Of a stretch of DNA of 64,000 nucleotides, positions 14,601 to 27,700 are shown piece by piece. The stretch is from Ruditapes philippinarum. Its lineage: Eukaryota. The notes under the pieces were generated by a model. The model ran no database searches. It was not told the origin of the DNA and saw nothing but the letters and a program-made list of their open reading frames with translations. The stretch covers positions 1 to 64,000 of the forward strand of contig NW_026854712.1 in assembly GCF_026571515.1 (NCBI RefSeq), given 5' to 3'. The translations under genes were made by a program, and so were the position numbers. Every line of letters begins with the position of its first letter. Positions within the stretch are counted from its first letter, which is position 1.

Positions 14601-15310
14601 AACATCCGCTGATAATTATGTTAATACAGCGGTTATCATGGAACTTTCAATGTGACACGTTAGTGCCATTCCATGAAAACCGGCACATGGTCCCCAAATA
14701 ATAGAAAGCGTCTTCCCTAAACGAGAAAACAATGGGCGGAACTTAAAATGAATTTTTAAAGGCACATTTGTCTTTAATATCAGCTATTACGAAAAAATGT
14801 TTTTGCTTAAAATTTGTTCATTTTTTTCTAAGCTAAACTAAATTGTTTGTTGTTATTATGATATTGCTTGCAGGCAAATATTTAAAAAAAAAAGATACAA
14901 TGTGAATGCAAATGCTAATTACGAATTTAGAACACTTTGTTGATCCAAATCTTATTTGCAATACTAACAACTGTTTATTTATTTTTGCATTTTCAAAGTC
15001 AAACAATTCCAATTTAGAAAGAAAATAGCTGCAATGAAATAACAAATAATGAAAGAATCATCTACCATTCCAATTTCTTGCTTAATAAAATATGAATTTC
15101 AATTAGTCAATAAGTCATTACCAATGTATGCAAATGCTGTTTCTTTCATGTAATATCCAACCCATGCTTCTTCATTGTCATTTAGGTTAGAAACTTCTTC
15201 AACAATAATTGATGAATTATTTACATGTATCTTTGGTGCTGCCAAATTGCCTTTTCCCCTTGCATCTTGCCACGTAAACGATTCGTTTGATAGTACATAA
15301 TTGGCTGAAA
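2613..15310 (-). CDS. Gene A: multi-exon type I membrane receptor (CTLD-like/WSC ectodomain, Ser/Thr stalk, TM, ~200 aa tyrosine-rich tail), ~620 aa; first exon unresolved (near 17040-17320)
   Basis: Phase-compatible GT-AG exons read by hand: 15310-15122 (YVLSNESFTWQDARGKGNLAAP..AWVGYY..FAYIG), 14049-13925 (GC..NTPGICFSMC..YVGL), 13619-13490 (CIC..KCDISP..AGG..SIY), 13150-13040 (GKCLAY..WSMC..VLCTK), 11339-11151 (GWNIYVQTCF..LWTNIIRS), 10681-10556 (GYGYVTK), 9819-9697 and 6420-6289 (Thr/Ser-rich), 3550-3460 (TM: VSILVSVSVVILLLVAAIVIVIIMLKRR), 3210-2613 (tail, the real part of ORF 2613..3296). No stops; exon order and phases match genes B and C. Confidence 0.85.
3930..5540 (-). mobile_element. 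Decayed LINE (L1/Tx1-like) 3' fragment in gene A intron
   Basis: Minus-strand CDFC..YLFMDC..VQIFW resembles the C-terminal zinc knuckle of LINE ORF2; frameshifted and full of stops; boundaries approximate. Confidence 0.55.
5570..6075 (+). mobile_element. Mariner transposase C-terminal relic
   Basis: ttgcaggacaacgca (LHDNA-like) and ccaccatattctcca..ttggcaccctgcgatttttttctgttccca (PPYSPxLAPCDFFLFP). Confidence 0.75.
6620..8890 (+). mobile_element. Decayed L1/Tx1-like LINE ORF2 (reverse transcriptase region) in gene A intron
   Basis: Motifs RSRAKW..KKPTNYFCNLEK, DQTGFVKGRFVGEN, SGLKFNF, FFDYIWNG, LLHRILATN, LFWEC; many frameshifts and an internal deletion. Confidence 0.85.
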
Positions 15311-16282
15311 CTGCAATGCAAAAATAACATGAGTATAATATATTTTACTGTAAAATACGGTTAGTTAGATTGTATTTCATTCTATTACATGAATATACAC
15401 ATGTGTTCTTTTCAATCTAGAAATGTTTTTCTTATAATTATCTTTAAAATTTTAAATAAGTATCAGGGTCGGTGTATACAGTATCTGTAGATAAAAATAT
15501 AATAAAAAAAGAAGATTTTAGATGTCATTCTTGCCCTTTAATTTTTCATTGCCTGAAACTTTTATATAAACGAGATAACATCACTCACTTTTATCACAAT
15601 CGGCGCATTTTTCTTAATCTTTAAAGTTTCTGTTTAACCATTCCCATAAGGATAATAAAAAATCTGATACCATCAAGTTTTAAATATATTTTGACACTTG
15701 TGAAATGGTTTGAAACATTATTAATGAATAAAACAGATGCCACATTTGTGTAGAAACGTCAAAAAATATTGACCTTTTTCAGGGACGGTTCAAGCCGCGT
15801 GATTGCATATGATCCCGAAGTAATTATGGATAAGTTCATATCTGATAAAAATTCATCGGTATCATATATATGAATGATTGACGTTATCTTGTTTATACCG
15901 TGTCTGTGAACTCGTCTTATCAAAGGTGATTTAATTTCAAGTATACGTACGTGTAAAATACCTCTCGTGTTTGTGTTTTAAAAAATGAAAAATGTGCTAA
16001 TTTGAATGTGTATTCTTTATATCATCTTAACTATGTCATACGATATTTATTATGAGAGCTGAAGCGTATTTCGTATACACACAGTGTAATTACTATTGAA
16101 ACATAAAAAATGAAAATAAAACTTGCTTCTAGATTCTACAGTAGATCTACTTTGAACATACAAAAAGTAAGCAACCCTGTAGAAGTTAGTGTACTGAACA
16201 CAGGAATTTCATCGAAAGAAATTTCAAAGAATTATTTTTTAAAAAAATGCTACTATTAGATATACCAAGTGTATTAAAGACA

Positions 16283-16420
16283 TTAATACACGTCTTAGTA
16301 GTGCTAGAAGGTGATAAACGGCCATGAAATGAATAATAGCCTCTGACTGAAGACCTTGGGGCCATTTTTCATTTTGAGGGCCGATAATCACCTTCCGGTC
16401 CTAGTCTGCCGTGTATTAAT
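16283..16420. repeat. Imperfect palindromic (hairpin) element
   Basis: ttaatacacg..gaaggtgat..cggcc..aaatga arm mirrored by tcattt..ggccg..atcaccttc..cgtgtattaa. Confidence 0.7.
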
Positions 16421-18730
16421 CTCTTATTAGATTTCGAGTAATCAATCTAATATGCGATGTTAAATTTATCCATGTTTAAAGCATGGTAGAAAAAAATATT
16501 GCATAAACCGTGCAAAATAACCCAATATGCATTTTGCAGAGACATTCAAAAGTATAAAAGTTTCTAAATAGATCAGAGGAATGCTGCTACCTTTTAGCTG
16601 TACCGATGTATTTGTATCATTTTGGCAACTAAACACGGCCGGGGCTATAGACTAACACAGACGTTTCAAAATCTGACTGTCCTGCGCAGGACAAATATTT
16701 TATCTAGGTCGGTCGTAGTCAAGGTCCTATTTTTCTTCCGGGTTGACGGGTCACGATAGTCACTTTATTCACTATGGCGTTTGCAATTTAACTTGTAGTA
16801 TAGCTTACAGTGCTATGCTGTAATCTGTTTGCCTAATATTGAAGAAACATGTACACCAAAATAGTTCCAAGTTCCGAACCAAAATGAATCTAGGGAATTT
16901 TTTACATTGTATTATTTATTTTAGAAATTTAGATAAATTTTGGAGATGATATTTCGTGAATATTATATGTTTTTTCAAAAGTATACAACTGCGCAATTGA
17001 ACAGTGTAGTGAATAGTTATCGTATGTTATATAGAACTTACTTGAATAAAAAGTTTAAAGCGAGTGTGATGGAATATGTTACTATCATTACTTCTGTTCG
17101 CTTGCATAGAAAATAGATAAACATAATAGTACATCAGGAATCTAGTATATGAATAACACATAAAGTAAAAAACCTAAAAATATGAAAAAATCATCTTATA
17201 TGCTTACATTTAATTGTCATTTAAACTTCCATACCGGTAATCATTTCTGTACAAAAATCTAATATAACACCAAAGGAATAAATATACCTGTAAATAACTC
17301 AGTACTCGATGCTGTCTGTCATTTCAATAAACTGTTAGTATTTTGAAAAAAAGTTTTTGATTTAACTAACTACACGTAAAAAAGAGACAGGGCTAACAGG
17401 CAAAATATATATTACAATTGATTAAGTAATAAAATACCGCTATCAGAAGCAACCCACAGAAAAATCCAAAACAAACATGATTCCACCATCGTTTCACAAC
17501 TGAAAGCGTAAACTTTCCTAACTCCTAACAACTACACTAGACTCGTTGTTTTGGTCTGTGTAGAATGAATTTAAAAAGATAAAGAGTTTACATAAAAATG
17601 CGGTAAACAAGGAAGCACGTCTAAATAGGCGAATCGTTTATCTGTACAAAGTTTAAAAAAAAACGTAAATATTATATCCATATTTCATTCTATCTGTCTT
17701 CTACTTTATTTGCGATTAATTTCGGAGGCGATTTTCAAATAAACCCCTCGTAGGATCGTCTGCACTGACCTTAAATGGTCATCTTCACGTGCATAAAGTA
17801 ATCAGGTTTCATTTAAAGGCATTAATTTTAAGGTTATCTATCATTACTTATTTAAGAATAAATTTACAGATATTCAAGCCCCCCGTTTCAGAATCCTAAG
17901 CGTTCCGCAACTAATCTGTTTATCTGTCGGTTTTATGTTTTGTATATTACCAAATTAGGATATCGGAATAACAAAAGATGATGTGAATCATTTAAACTAA
18001 CTGTCTATCATTTTTTTCTAAAAAGATAATTTCGATACGACGTTACAGTTATCGTTCCATTTACAAACAGTTTTCATACAAGAGCATATCATGGTAAATT
18101 CGCTAAGCACAAACTGCGTGTATGATATTTGTATATTATTACCTTTGGTAAGTTGTTTATCGTTTGTATGTTTTTTGTTAGCTAGTCATTGGAACAATCA
18201 AAAGTCTTACAAAATGCATGTCTGTTTTCGTTTTGAATAATGCTTATGTTATATGTTTGATAAATGCTGAAAGAAATTATATAGTCCATATACTCTAAAA
18301 AGACTTGTACCTGTATAGATAAGATGTGCTATAGACCAGGGAAAAATCTGTTCCGCAAGCATTATTGTTGCGTATAACATGTTAACATTTACATGCAAGT
18401 AATAATTCCTCAACAAATACTACCTCATGTTTACTTTCTATTTTTTTTCAAAATTTGAAATAATGCAATACATGTACAATCAAATGACAACCACTTCAAT
18501 CAACATACACTTTATGATTTTGCAATTTTGTACAATTACTTAAAATGGTTGTTTCAAGCACCATCGAATTTAGTCGATTGTAAAACCAATTTTACGGTTA
18601 TAATTTCTCTTAAGCAATGATACTTTAAATACATGAATTTAAATTTTATACCGCGTTATATGATAGCAATACTTCCGGGTGTGTTTATCTTCGTCAATGT
18701 TATCCTGATAGACAGCCTAATAAAGTAGGA

Positions 18731-21700
18731 ATGTCAGGTGTCAAACAATTGATTTTGTTGCTTCTTTTTCGGATATGTGTTTCTACAGGTAATTATAACT
18801 ATTCAGTTAACCTAATTAGTTGCGTATCAAACATATTATATTAAGCAATTATGTAAATAACTTATGTAAAAAAGAATTGCTTGTACATGTATTATAAAGG
18901 TAGACCGTTTTAGGTTTTTCATAATTATAATAAACTATTTAATGTTCAGGAAATGTTTTGTCGTCCCTTTGTGCATGTTGTGTTTTCGAGGCAAAGAAAA
19001 ATAACAACGTGGTGGAGTAAATCATTTATCATAGTCTAGTGACAAATGATTGTCAGCATGAGAAAATGATGTTAAGAAATATACCTCGAATAAATTGATA
19101 ACTAGCTTTTAAAGTTCTTATTTCTGTCGTTAGCAGTCCTTCATACTTATACAATGATGTGTTGAACGAAACTAGTAAAAATATATAAACATTGTCATAT
19201 AAGTTGTTCATAAAATCATGCAACTAAGCGTATGAATTGTAAAACATCTTGAAAATCATGCAAGTAGTATCATGTGATGATAGCTTTTGCTGAAAAAAAG
19301 ATAGCCGATAGATGGTTGAATGGCTGTTGTACATACTGTTAATTTTACTATGTGACTAAGAAAATTGTATTGTTACATAGGTAACAGTACTTGTAGACTA
19401 GTTACGTGGAGCATTTCTAGCACACAAAGTAGCCGTCATTGGATTTTCGATTCAGCCTCTATTTTTTTCGAACTTAGGGTCATCATCAGAGCGACAATAA
19501 TCACCAGAAAATTTAGTTGTTTGTAACCAAAAGTGCTTTCCGGGTCTCAAACATTGTATGTTTGAATAGTCAAAAGGTAAACATCCGTTAGCAACGGAAG
19601 TTATTGCAGAGTAATATTTATCAAAATGAAACAAGCAGATGATTTAAACATACAAAGTTTATACATTTAGATCTGGTTGAAAATGTTCAGATCATTGAAG
19701 TATTTGTCTTGGGTAATAAAAGAAATAACACACAGGTTTGTAGACTCCTTCCGGGTGAAATTTTACCAACAAAATTATGTGCTTTTTATAACTATATTGT
19801 TTGTCGTTGTTAATATATTTTGCAAGTTTTATCAATACAATCTGTCTTGTTTTTCATAAGGAAGTGAGATGAGTAAAATATGTAAGTTTCAACAATCGAT
19901 CGCCCGATTTGAAACATGATATATCTCATAGCAGCAGGTGGGCTACTTATATTGAGTTCGCGTATCAAAACATTTTTTAACAATACAGATCACGACTTTT
20001 AAAATACTGACAGGTTTAAAAGGAAAATAAATAATTTTACAGATATTTTTTTTATCTATAATCGATAAGGTGGACAATAAAAGTGGGGGTAGCTTTAGCG
20101 AGTGATTTGTTAGTTTAAAGGTCAATTAAACCCTAAAATGTTACTATTTATATTGTTTAATAGCTGATTAAATTGTTGTTATGTTACAATTTACCAAAAG
20201 ATTTCTCATTTACCTTATATCTGAGCCATCTTTATTTTATTTTGCGTTTTGGAAATGAGTGCAGTTATAGTGATTTTGCATGGAAGTCAAAATACCATAT
20301 TGTTTGCTACTTGTACAGCAATTTGTTTCATATTCAATGCATTTCTTTCAGATGGTAAGCATCTGCAGGAATAACTTATATATACATACATGATTTTGAA
20401 TTTTGCGTTATTTATATGACTATTCTGGCACCTTAAAAAGTCTATTGTAGGTACATACTCGTACTATGTAGATACATTCTAAATTCCAGATTCATACAAT
20501 GAATTTATGACATGGGAGAAAGCAAAAGACAATTGCATGTTAGCAACACCGGAGTTTATTTATGATGGTGAAATCTTTACTGTAAATGATGATCAGAACT
20601 TGACAAATAGTATGGAAGGAAGGTGGCTTGGATACTACAAAAATATGCGGGGGTTTGAGTATTTTGGTAATACTATATTAATTTAAGTATTCTATCATCA
20701 TTTTTGATTCTATTGATTCTATATTTTATCATTCTTTTTGGGTTACTTTAAATCTCACATTTACGTCAAAATAAGAATCAATATATTCATAACTGACTTA
20801 ATATAAATATCATCAATTTGCTTGCTTATAAGGCCAATTTTTTTACATCAAATATGTCATTGCAGAAAAACAGTTTTGTATTATTTATAAGGTAATGAAG
20901 TTGATCATTAAAGTTTTTAACGTTAACATTTGTGGCTAAAAATGATGTTATTTGATTTCAAATACATTTAGGATGTATTAACTATCCGGAAATGTTTGGA
21001 ATTCCACCGAAACGAATTGGAAATAATTCACCAGGAAATTGTTTTTCCGTATGTTCACGAAGAGCAACATTTGTTGGACTAATGGGTCAAGAGGTAAAAA
21101 TAGTAATTACTAAAATGCTAAAAAATAGAAAGGTAGAGAATCCATAGTTTATTATAAGTTTTGTCATTGTATTAACACATCTAATTCTAATTATTTTGAT
21201 CTTATTACTAACCAGTAACCATTAATCGAATAAAACTTAAAACACTAAACCTAGTATGCGTAAAAACAAAATAATATTGATTTTAGATATCAAATGTTTT
21301 TAAATACATGGACATTATCAAGAGTCTAGTTTTTTTCAACTTTGTATTTCGCGCATCTCGGTTATATGACTTGTTAAAAAAGTTAAAATGTATCAGTATT
21401 TCATTTTATATTGTTTGATTTGAAATTACAGATATTTTGTGCTTTTACAGTGTTATTGTTTTAAAACGATCACAGCAGAAGAGAAAGTTGTTAGCAATGC
21501 GTCATGTAATGAATCATGTCCGCCACCATCTGAAGGTTTAGCTTGTGGGGGACAATCATTTATTTCTTTATATGTGGTTAATAAAAAAGGTAAGGAAGAT
21601 GTGCATAGGTGATAAATGTACAAAATATCATATACATCATAATAATATTTAGACAACAAAATGTTTAAATGATATGCGTATGCCCTTCAATGTATTTCAC

Positions 21701-24700
21701 CATATTATCTACTTCACTTGGGTAAATAACCCTCGCACTGAAATGTATAAAAGCATATTGATTTTATAAGGGTCCTATGAGAGTTTTAGTCTGTGTTTAA
21801 AAGTTGAAATGAACCTTTTGTGCAATTTAGAAATTATCTATAAAAGCAATACTAAGGATATGTTAATGTTCATCCATGCTAATCTACAGAAATAAGAAAC
21901 TTCGACGGGAACGATAGCTAAGGATGAGCATTAACATACTTAGTGTCCAGCTTTATTTGTCTTCATTAATATTCACTATATTTCTTCACTACCTGTCAAT
22001 TTTATGAACGCGGTTCTTAGAGGCACTATGAACAATAGAAGACGAGTATGAATGGAATCTAAATTGGTTCTTCTAAGGAAACCAACACATATAATTTTTA
22101 AGAAATACAGCGTTTTCATTGGATGACAAATAAAGCTGGACATCAATGGCCATTAAATTTTTGAGTTACAATAAAAGGAGATGATCGTCATTTGACATGT
22201 CATTATTCTTTAAACACACTAGTTATCAAGGGGGAGAATCACGCCATTCGTTACCCAAGCAAACAAGATGGCAGATGCAGCCGAAAAATTAGTTTTTTTC
22301 CTTTTTTTCCCTGAAATTAGTAATTTTCTTGTGTAAATGTACATATAATAATCTTCTTCACAATTTTCCGGGCACACAGGATTTAATTTCATGGTGTTTT
22401 GTCCCGTACTTCATCTGAAATGCGCGTCACCATAATAGATGCGAGAGAATTTTCCACAGGTTTGATCGTAATAACCTACGGCTTCTTCTCTCAAATTCAC
22501 TGTTTCGTTTACATATATGCTTATTGACTGAAACCGCTGACTTAAATAAGTTGTAATACGTCGTCATCTAAGCATTCATGACCATTCTGGCTAGATTTAC
22601 GCTCTAATAATAATATCGGGGCATTTTCCGGAAATGATAACGTATGGCGCACAAAATATCAATGATAACGTACGGCGCACAAAATATTAATGATAACGTG
22701 CGGCGCATTTTTCTTCTTGGTGGACTTCCATTTGTCCAGTCAGCTGATAATGAATTATTTGTATGTCGGAAATGATAGATATCTGAAAAAATGTTTGTCT
22801 GTTCAGAATTAAATAATTGAACAATGCTGCACCATTGGATATAAATATCTTTCTAGCTGGTGGCATAATAGATATTCGTTGTTAATATACTAACCTTTTT
22901 CTACCAATTAAAACACACATGTATAGTTTGAGATTATTTTTGTATAAAGAAAAGCCTCCACTTTCAATGAACATTGTATATTGTTGTCTTCACATTAATG
23001 TTCGCAATTATGTTCGTATCCCCTTGTCAGAAAGAAGAAACGCATTCAGCAGAGCAGATATTAAAAAGGTATGGACGGCTAGATATATTTTCTTTTCCGG
23101 TTATCATAAACGAAAGGAACGTCATAATTTGATCAAAACAATTACATGCAATTCATTAATTTGCCTATCATAATCTGGCGATACTTTATCTAAAATAATG
23201 TTCATACCACCAGAGGTGCCTACGTTAGCGCTCATATTTTGTGCGCCATACGTTCCATTTCCGGAAAATGCATCGATATTTCCATCACAGCGGTTATTCT
23301 AGCTATAATGGGCATCGATGCTTAGATGACGACATATTACAACTTTGTAAAGTCAGTGGTTACAGTTTATATACATATATGTAAATGAAACAGTGAATAT
23401 TAGGGAGGAAGCCGTACGTTATCACGATCAAACCGGTGGAAAATTATCTCGCTTCGATTCTGGTGACGCGCATTTCAGATGAAGTACGGGACAAAACATT
23501 ATGTAATAAAATCCTGTGTGCCAGGAAAATTGTGAAGAAGATTATTATATGTACCTTTACACAAGAACATCACGAGTTTTAGACAAAAAAGGGAAACACT
23601 AACTTTTCGGCTGCATCCGCCATCTTGTTTGCTTGGGTAACGAATGGCGTGATTCTCCCACGTGAGTTATTATATTGTTAAAACACTCACTTTATTTTGA
23701 TCTTTTATTGACTTTTTTCTTAAGGGAGTACATAATTTTAAAAATCATCATATCTTTACAAATTCAGTTCAAAACTATTTCCATGCCGACAATGAAACTG
23801 ATATAATTTATATAGTAACTGCCATATATTTCCTTTAAACATAGATTTGAAATTTCAATATATTTTATAAGGAACATGACACAACACAATCAGTTAAGAA
23901 GTCTATAAAACAAATCATATAAGCCATGATCGCTCCTATTACATTAGTTGATTATGTTCTTAAAAGCTTATAATTTGTTGTATTTCTAGCTTTCTATATT
24001 GCCTGCAATCAATGTGGCTTAAATCTCGTAATTATTAAGATGGCATCTTATCAACACGGATCCTGGACATTAAGATTTTTAAACATGTTTAAATATTTTT
24101 ACCATTTCAGTTCTAAACATCCGTAAGGTGTTTGGTCAAAATAAAAATAAAAGTAATTGCGTCAGGCTGGAAAGCGACAAGAAACTTTTGTGGGATCAGT
24201 GCGACTCTGCGTTACACAATAAATGCTATGATGGTAAATATTTAAAATCTTCAAGTAGTAAATAGGAAACTGAAGCACCATTGTCATCGATCCATATTTA
24301 AAATTCGGACAGTTATAGCACATGCCAAAATGTTTGGTACAAATATGTGCTCTATATACGCTTGTTATACAAACACATCTCCCTTTATATGAACTATTTG
24401 GTGCTTTATATGAACTATGTGGTGTTTTATATGACCTATTTGGTACTTTATATGAACTAATTGGTACATTTTTTTACATTTAACCTTTGAAAACCTTGTA
24501 ACTTGCAGTGTTCAATTTTAGTAACAATATTAAACAAATTCATAACCGTTCGATTGGAACAGGGTAAATTATAACAATATGTGACAATTATTTCGCTTGA
24601 ATATGTAAACTGACCCATAAAACGTCGTTAATTATATTTATTTTATTAATAATAACCAAAAATCTCTATACATATTTTAATGCAACTGTACCTTATGTAA

Positions 24701-27700
24701 AAGATGTTCAGGTTGTCAAAAACAGCCTAAAACTAAATGTTATGTCTAGAAATAATTGTGTATTCTGACTGATTACAGCAATGTACGATGCAATAATGCA
24801 TACATTACAACATGTCTTACATGATTCCATTTATGATCCCTAAATTATTTGTTGAACATTTCAGTTTTAATTTTTTTTGTCGTTTTATCTGATTTGTTTT
24901 GTAGTGATTTGTAGTTATGTCCTAATGTAAATTAAAAGCATTGATCTCATACTCCCATCAATTTTAGGAACAACAGCTTACGATGTGCCTGCTCCAACGA
25001 CAGGTCGGCAATATTTTCCATGGTATTGGGCAAATAACTTATGTTTTGGCAGCAATGTTCGACCATTTTTATATGAAAATGCTGTGAACTTTAACGGAAC
25101 AACTTTAGAGTCTTGGACAGGAATGTGTCGCAGTCTGTCAATCTTCACATTCTCAGGTATCCTTTAGTTTCAATATAGCGTTTTATTTAGTTTACCTTAG
25201 TATGCATTTCTGCGTTAAACCTGCGCTTGCAGGAATACATTTACGGAGGTGAAAGCATGCATCAATGGACACAATAACGCGATAACGTATCATTATTGTA
25301 CGTTCTTTATTATATGAACACAAGATAATCACAAAAGATTGATTTATGAAGAACATATATTTGGATTTTATATCTAAGATGAGCGTTAAATCATAAAAAG
25401 GCATAATTTTTGATAGGTTAATTGGTTAAAAAAATAAGCAAAAAGAGTCGAGCTATCAATTTATCTTTTATTTGACTTTTGTTCTCCTACCAGACATTTC
25501 CGTGCAAAGAATTTAACGAATCATTTAAGTTTTGTAATTTGTACCTGACGTCAAACTCACGCGTAAAATGCCTTGCAAAACCGGTAAAAAAACTTACAGA
25601 ATCCCTTATATTTTATCTAATGTCTTTGCTTGTGTGCCCCGGTATTAAATGCGTCCTTATTCATTAGCAGATGTTAATATATAAAATTTTCTTTTAGAAC
25701 CTATTATAGGAAACGTTCATTTGGAATACGGGTATTTGAAAAGATGTGATGCTTCTGATAAGTACGAACTTCATTTTACTAGAAACATGCAAGAACAAAA
25801 GAAATCGCTGTGCAAAAGCGATAGACAAACATCAAAAGAGCAACACAAAACCGGTGATGGTGGAAATTCAGGTACAACTTTATATAAAATAGTTGTTGTA
25901 ATTCAAATTTAATAAGAAAAATATATGAATAAAAATTTAATTGATATAAAAGACAAACCGCTTATGAAGTTTTTGTCTTTTTCATAAAGCTAAAATGATT
26001 ATAGACAACAAACATAATAAGGACACTGTAGATAATCATTTTTATTATAAAAACTATACATGCACCTTTACAAAGAATAAAAAAGACGTTAATTTTTTGG
26101 AAAGTCTTAATGTAAGGAACCCAGCCTTAATTAAACGATCAACTAAGTTATGATACGAGGGTTGTCCAAACAACTCGTGCACTGCAGTTATTGTCGTGAG
26201 AGTTATTGATAGAAAATCATGAATTATATATCACGTGAAGGGGAAATCTGTCTCAAATAAGAAAACAAAAGGAAAAGCCGTGTAACTGAAGTGTCATGAA
26301 AACAAATCGTCAAACACTTACCTTGGTAACGAAATAGCGGCGCACGACAAAAAAAGTGGGTTAGTTCATGACTTTGTTGCACGACAGTTTTCTTTAAACA
26401 CTGCACATTAATGTCAAAATTCGGGGAAAAGTGTGTGTACGTATTCCTGACATCCAAAGAAAAAATGACGTCATTTGCCTTATTATAACGGTCGTAAACA
26501 AACATTTCTGTGTGGTCGTCAATACTGTAATTACGTGAAAATTTCAGTCGCTAAACGTCTGGAAATACGGACGATCATAACATTTGGGCAAGTATTGGAA
26601 AAACACCGACAGATACCTACAAAGAATTTAAAAGGGCAAGGGTGACAACTTCAGTGTAACGAAGGCTGGTTTTTGAATGGCACAAATGCTCTGTAGAGGG
26701 TCGAGAGGAGGTAGATGATGACAACCGGTCAGGCAAACGTTCGTCCATAATGCCGGCGCATGCGTCGAGGGTTGTCCAATATACTCATGCACTGGTGGAT
26801 GTACGTTGCATAAGATAAAAAAAAAAACTAAAAATGCTTTCCATCAATCATTCCTCTATTGACAGTAAAACAAATTATGACATAATAAGCAAATGCCACT
26901 TTACAAGCGACAAAAAATTAATACAACCACAGTAATGAACTAACCCATCTTTTGTCGTGCACCGGTATTACGTTACTAAGGTAACTTAATGACAATTCTT
27001 TTTCACAACACGCCGGTTGCACGGCTTTTTCTGATGTTTCCCCTTCAAATGATATATAATTCATGTTTTTTTAATAATAACTCTCACGACAATAACTGCA
27101 GTGCACGAATTTTTTGGACAACCCTCGTATAATATATCTTTATTCAAGGGTATTATATATCATGAGAGTTTTGTTACTTCTTGACCACTGACCTTTTGAC
27201 CACTGACCATTTGACTATAGACCGATTGAACACTAAACTACTACAACCTTTCTCGAAAGAGCCATTTGTATACTTGACTGCGTGTTAATCTGTGTCCAAT
27301 CTGAACAATACCATGGTAATGTTTAAACTTTTCAATATTACCTCTCTGATCATTCCTTGCCAACTTGTCGTTTAACCGATTCATTTCAAAACCATCTTTT
27401 TTCCTCTTCTACCTTATTAAGTAATAAAATGTATTAATATTTTTCATTTCATTGCAAAAAAAGGGTTCCAACGTATACGTAAAGTTTAAAGTTATAGAAA
27501 AGTGTAAAAATGCGTCTGCTATACGCTACTTTTAAACCGGTACCGAGTAGATATTTTACTCGTGATTCCGCGGTGGACGCCGCTGTCATTCTTAAGCTAT
27601 CTTACCTGATGGTTTGCCCAGACTGTAGTTGTTTCTTAAGTCTATTATAATCGTGAACCGCATTGTTAAATCCTCATAACGAAACATTCGAAACAGAAAT

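Noticed and set aside
17042-17088. ATG exon MIVTYSITLALNFLF as gene A signal-peptide exon
   Set aside because: Hydrophobic and followed by gtaagt, but ends in phase 2 whereas exon 2 needs phase 1; not called without transcript evidence.
17235-17322. Alternative gene A first exon ending ..EMIT G|gtatgg
   Set aside because: Correct phase, but the upstream ATG is separated by an in-frame TGA and the peptide is a poor signal sequence.
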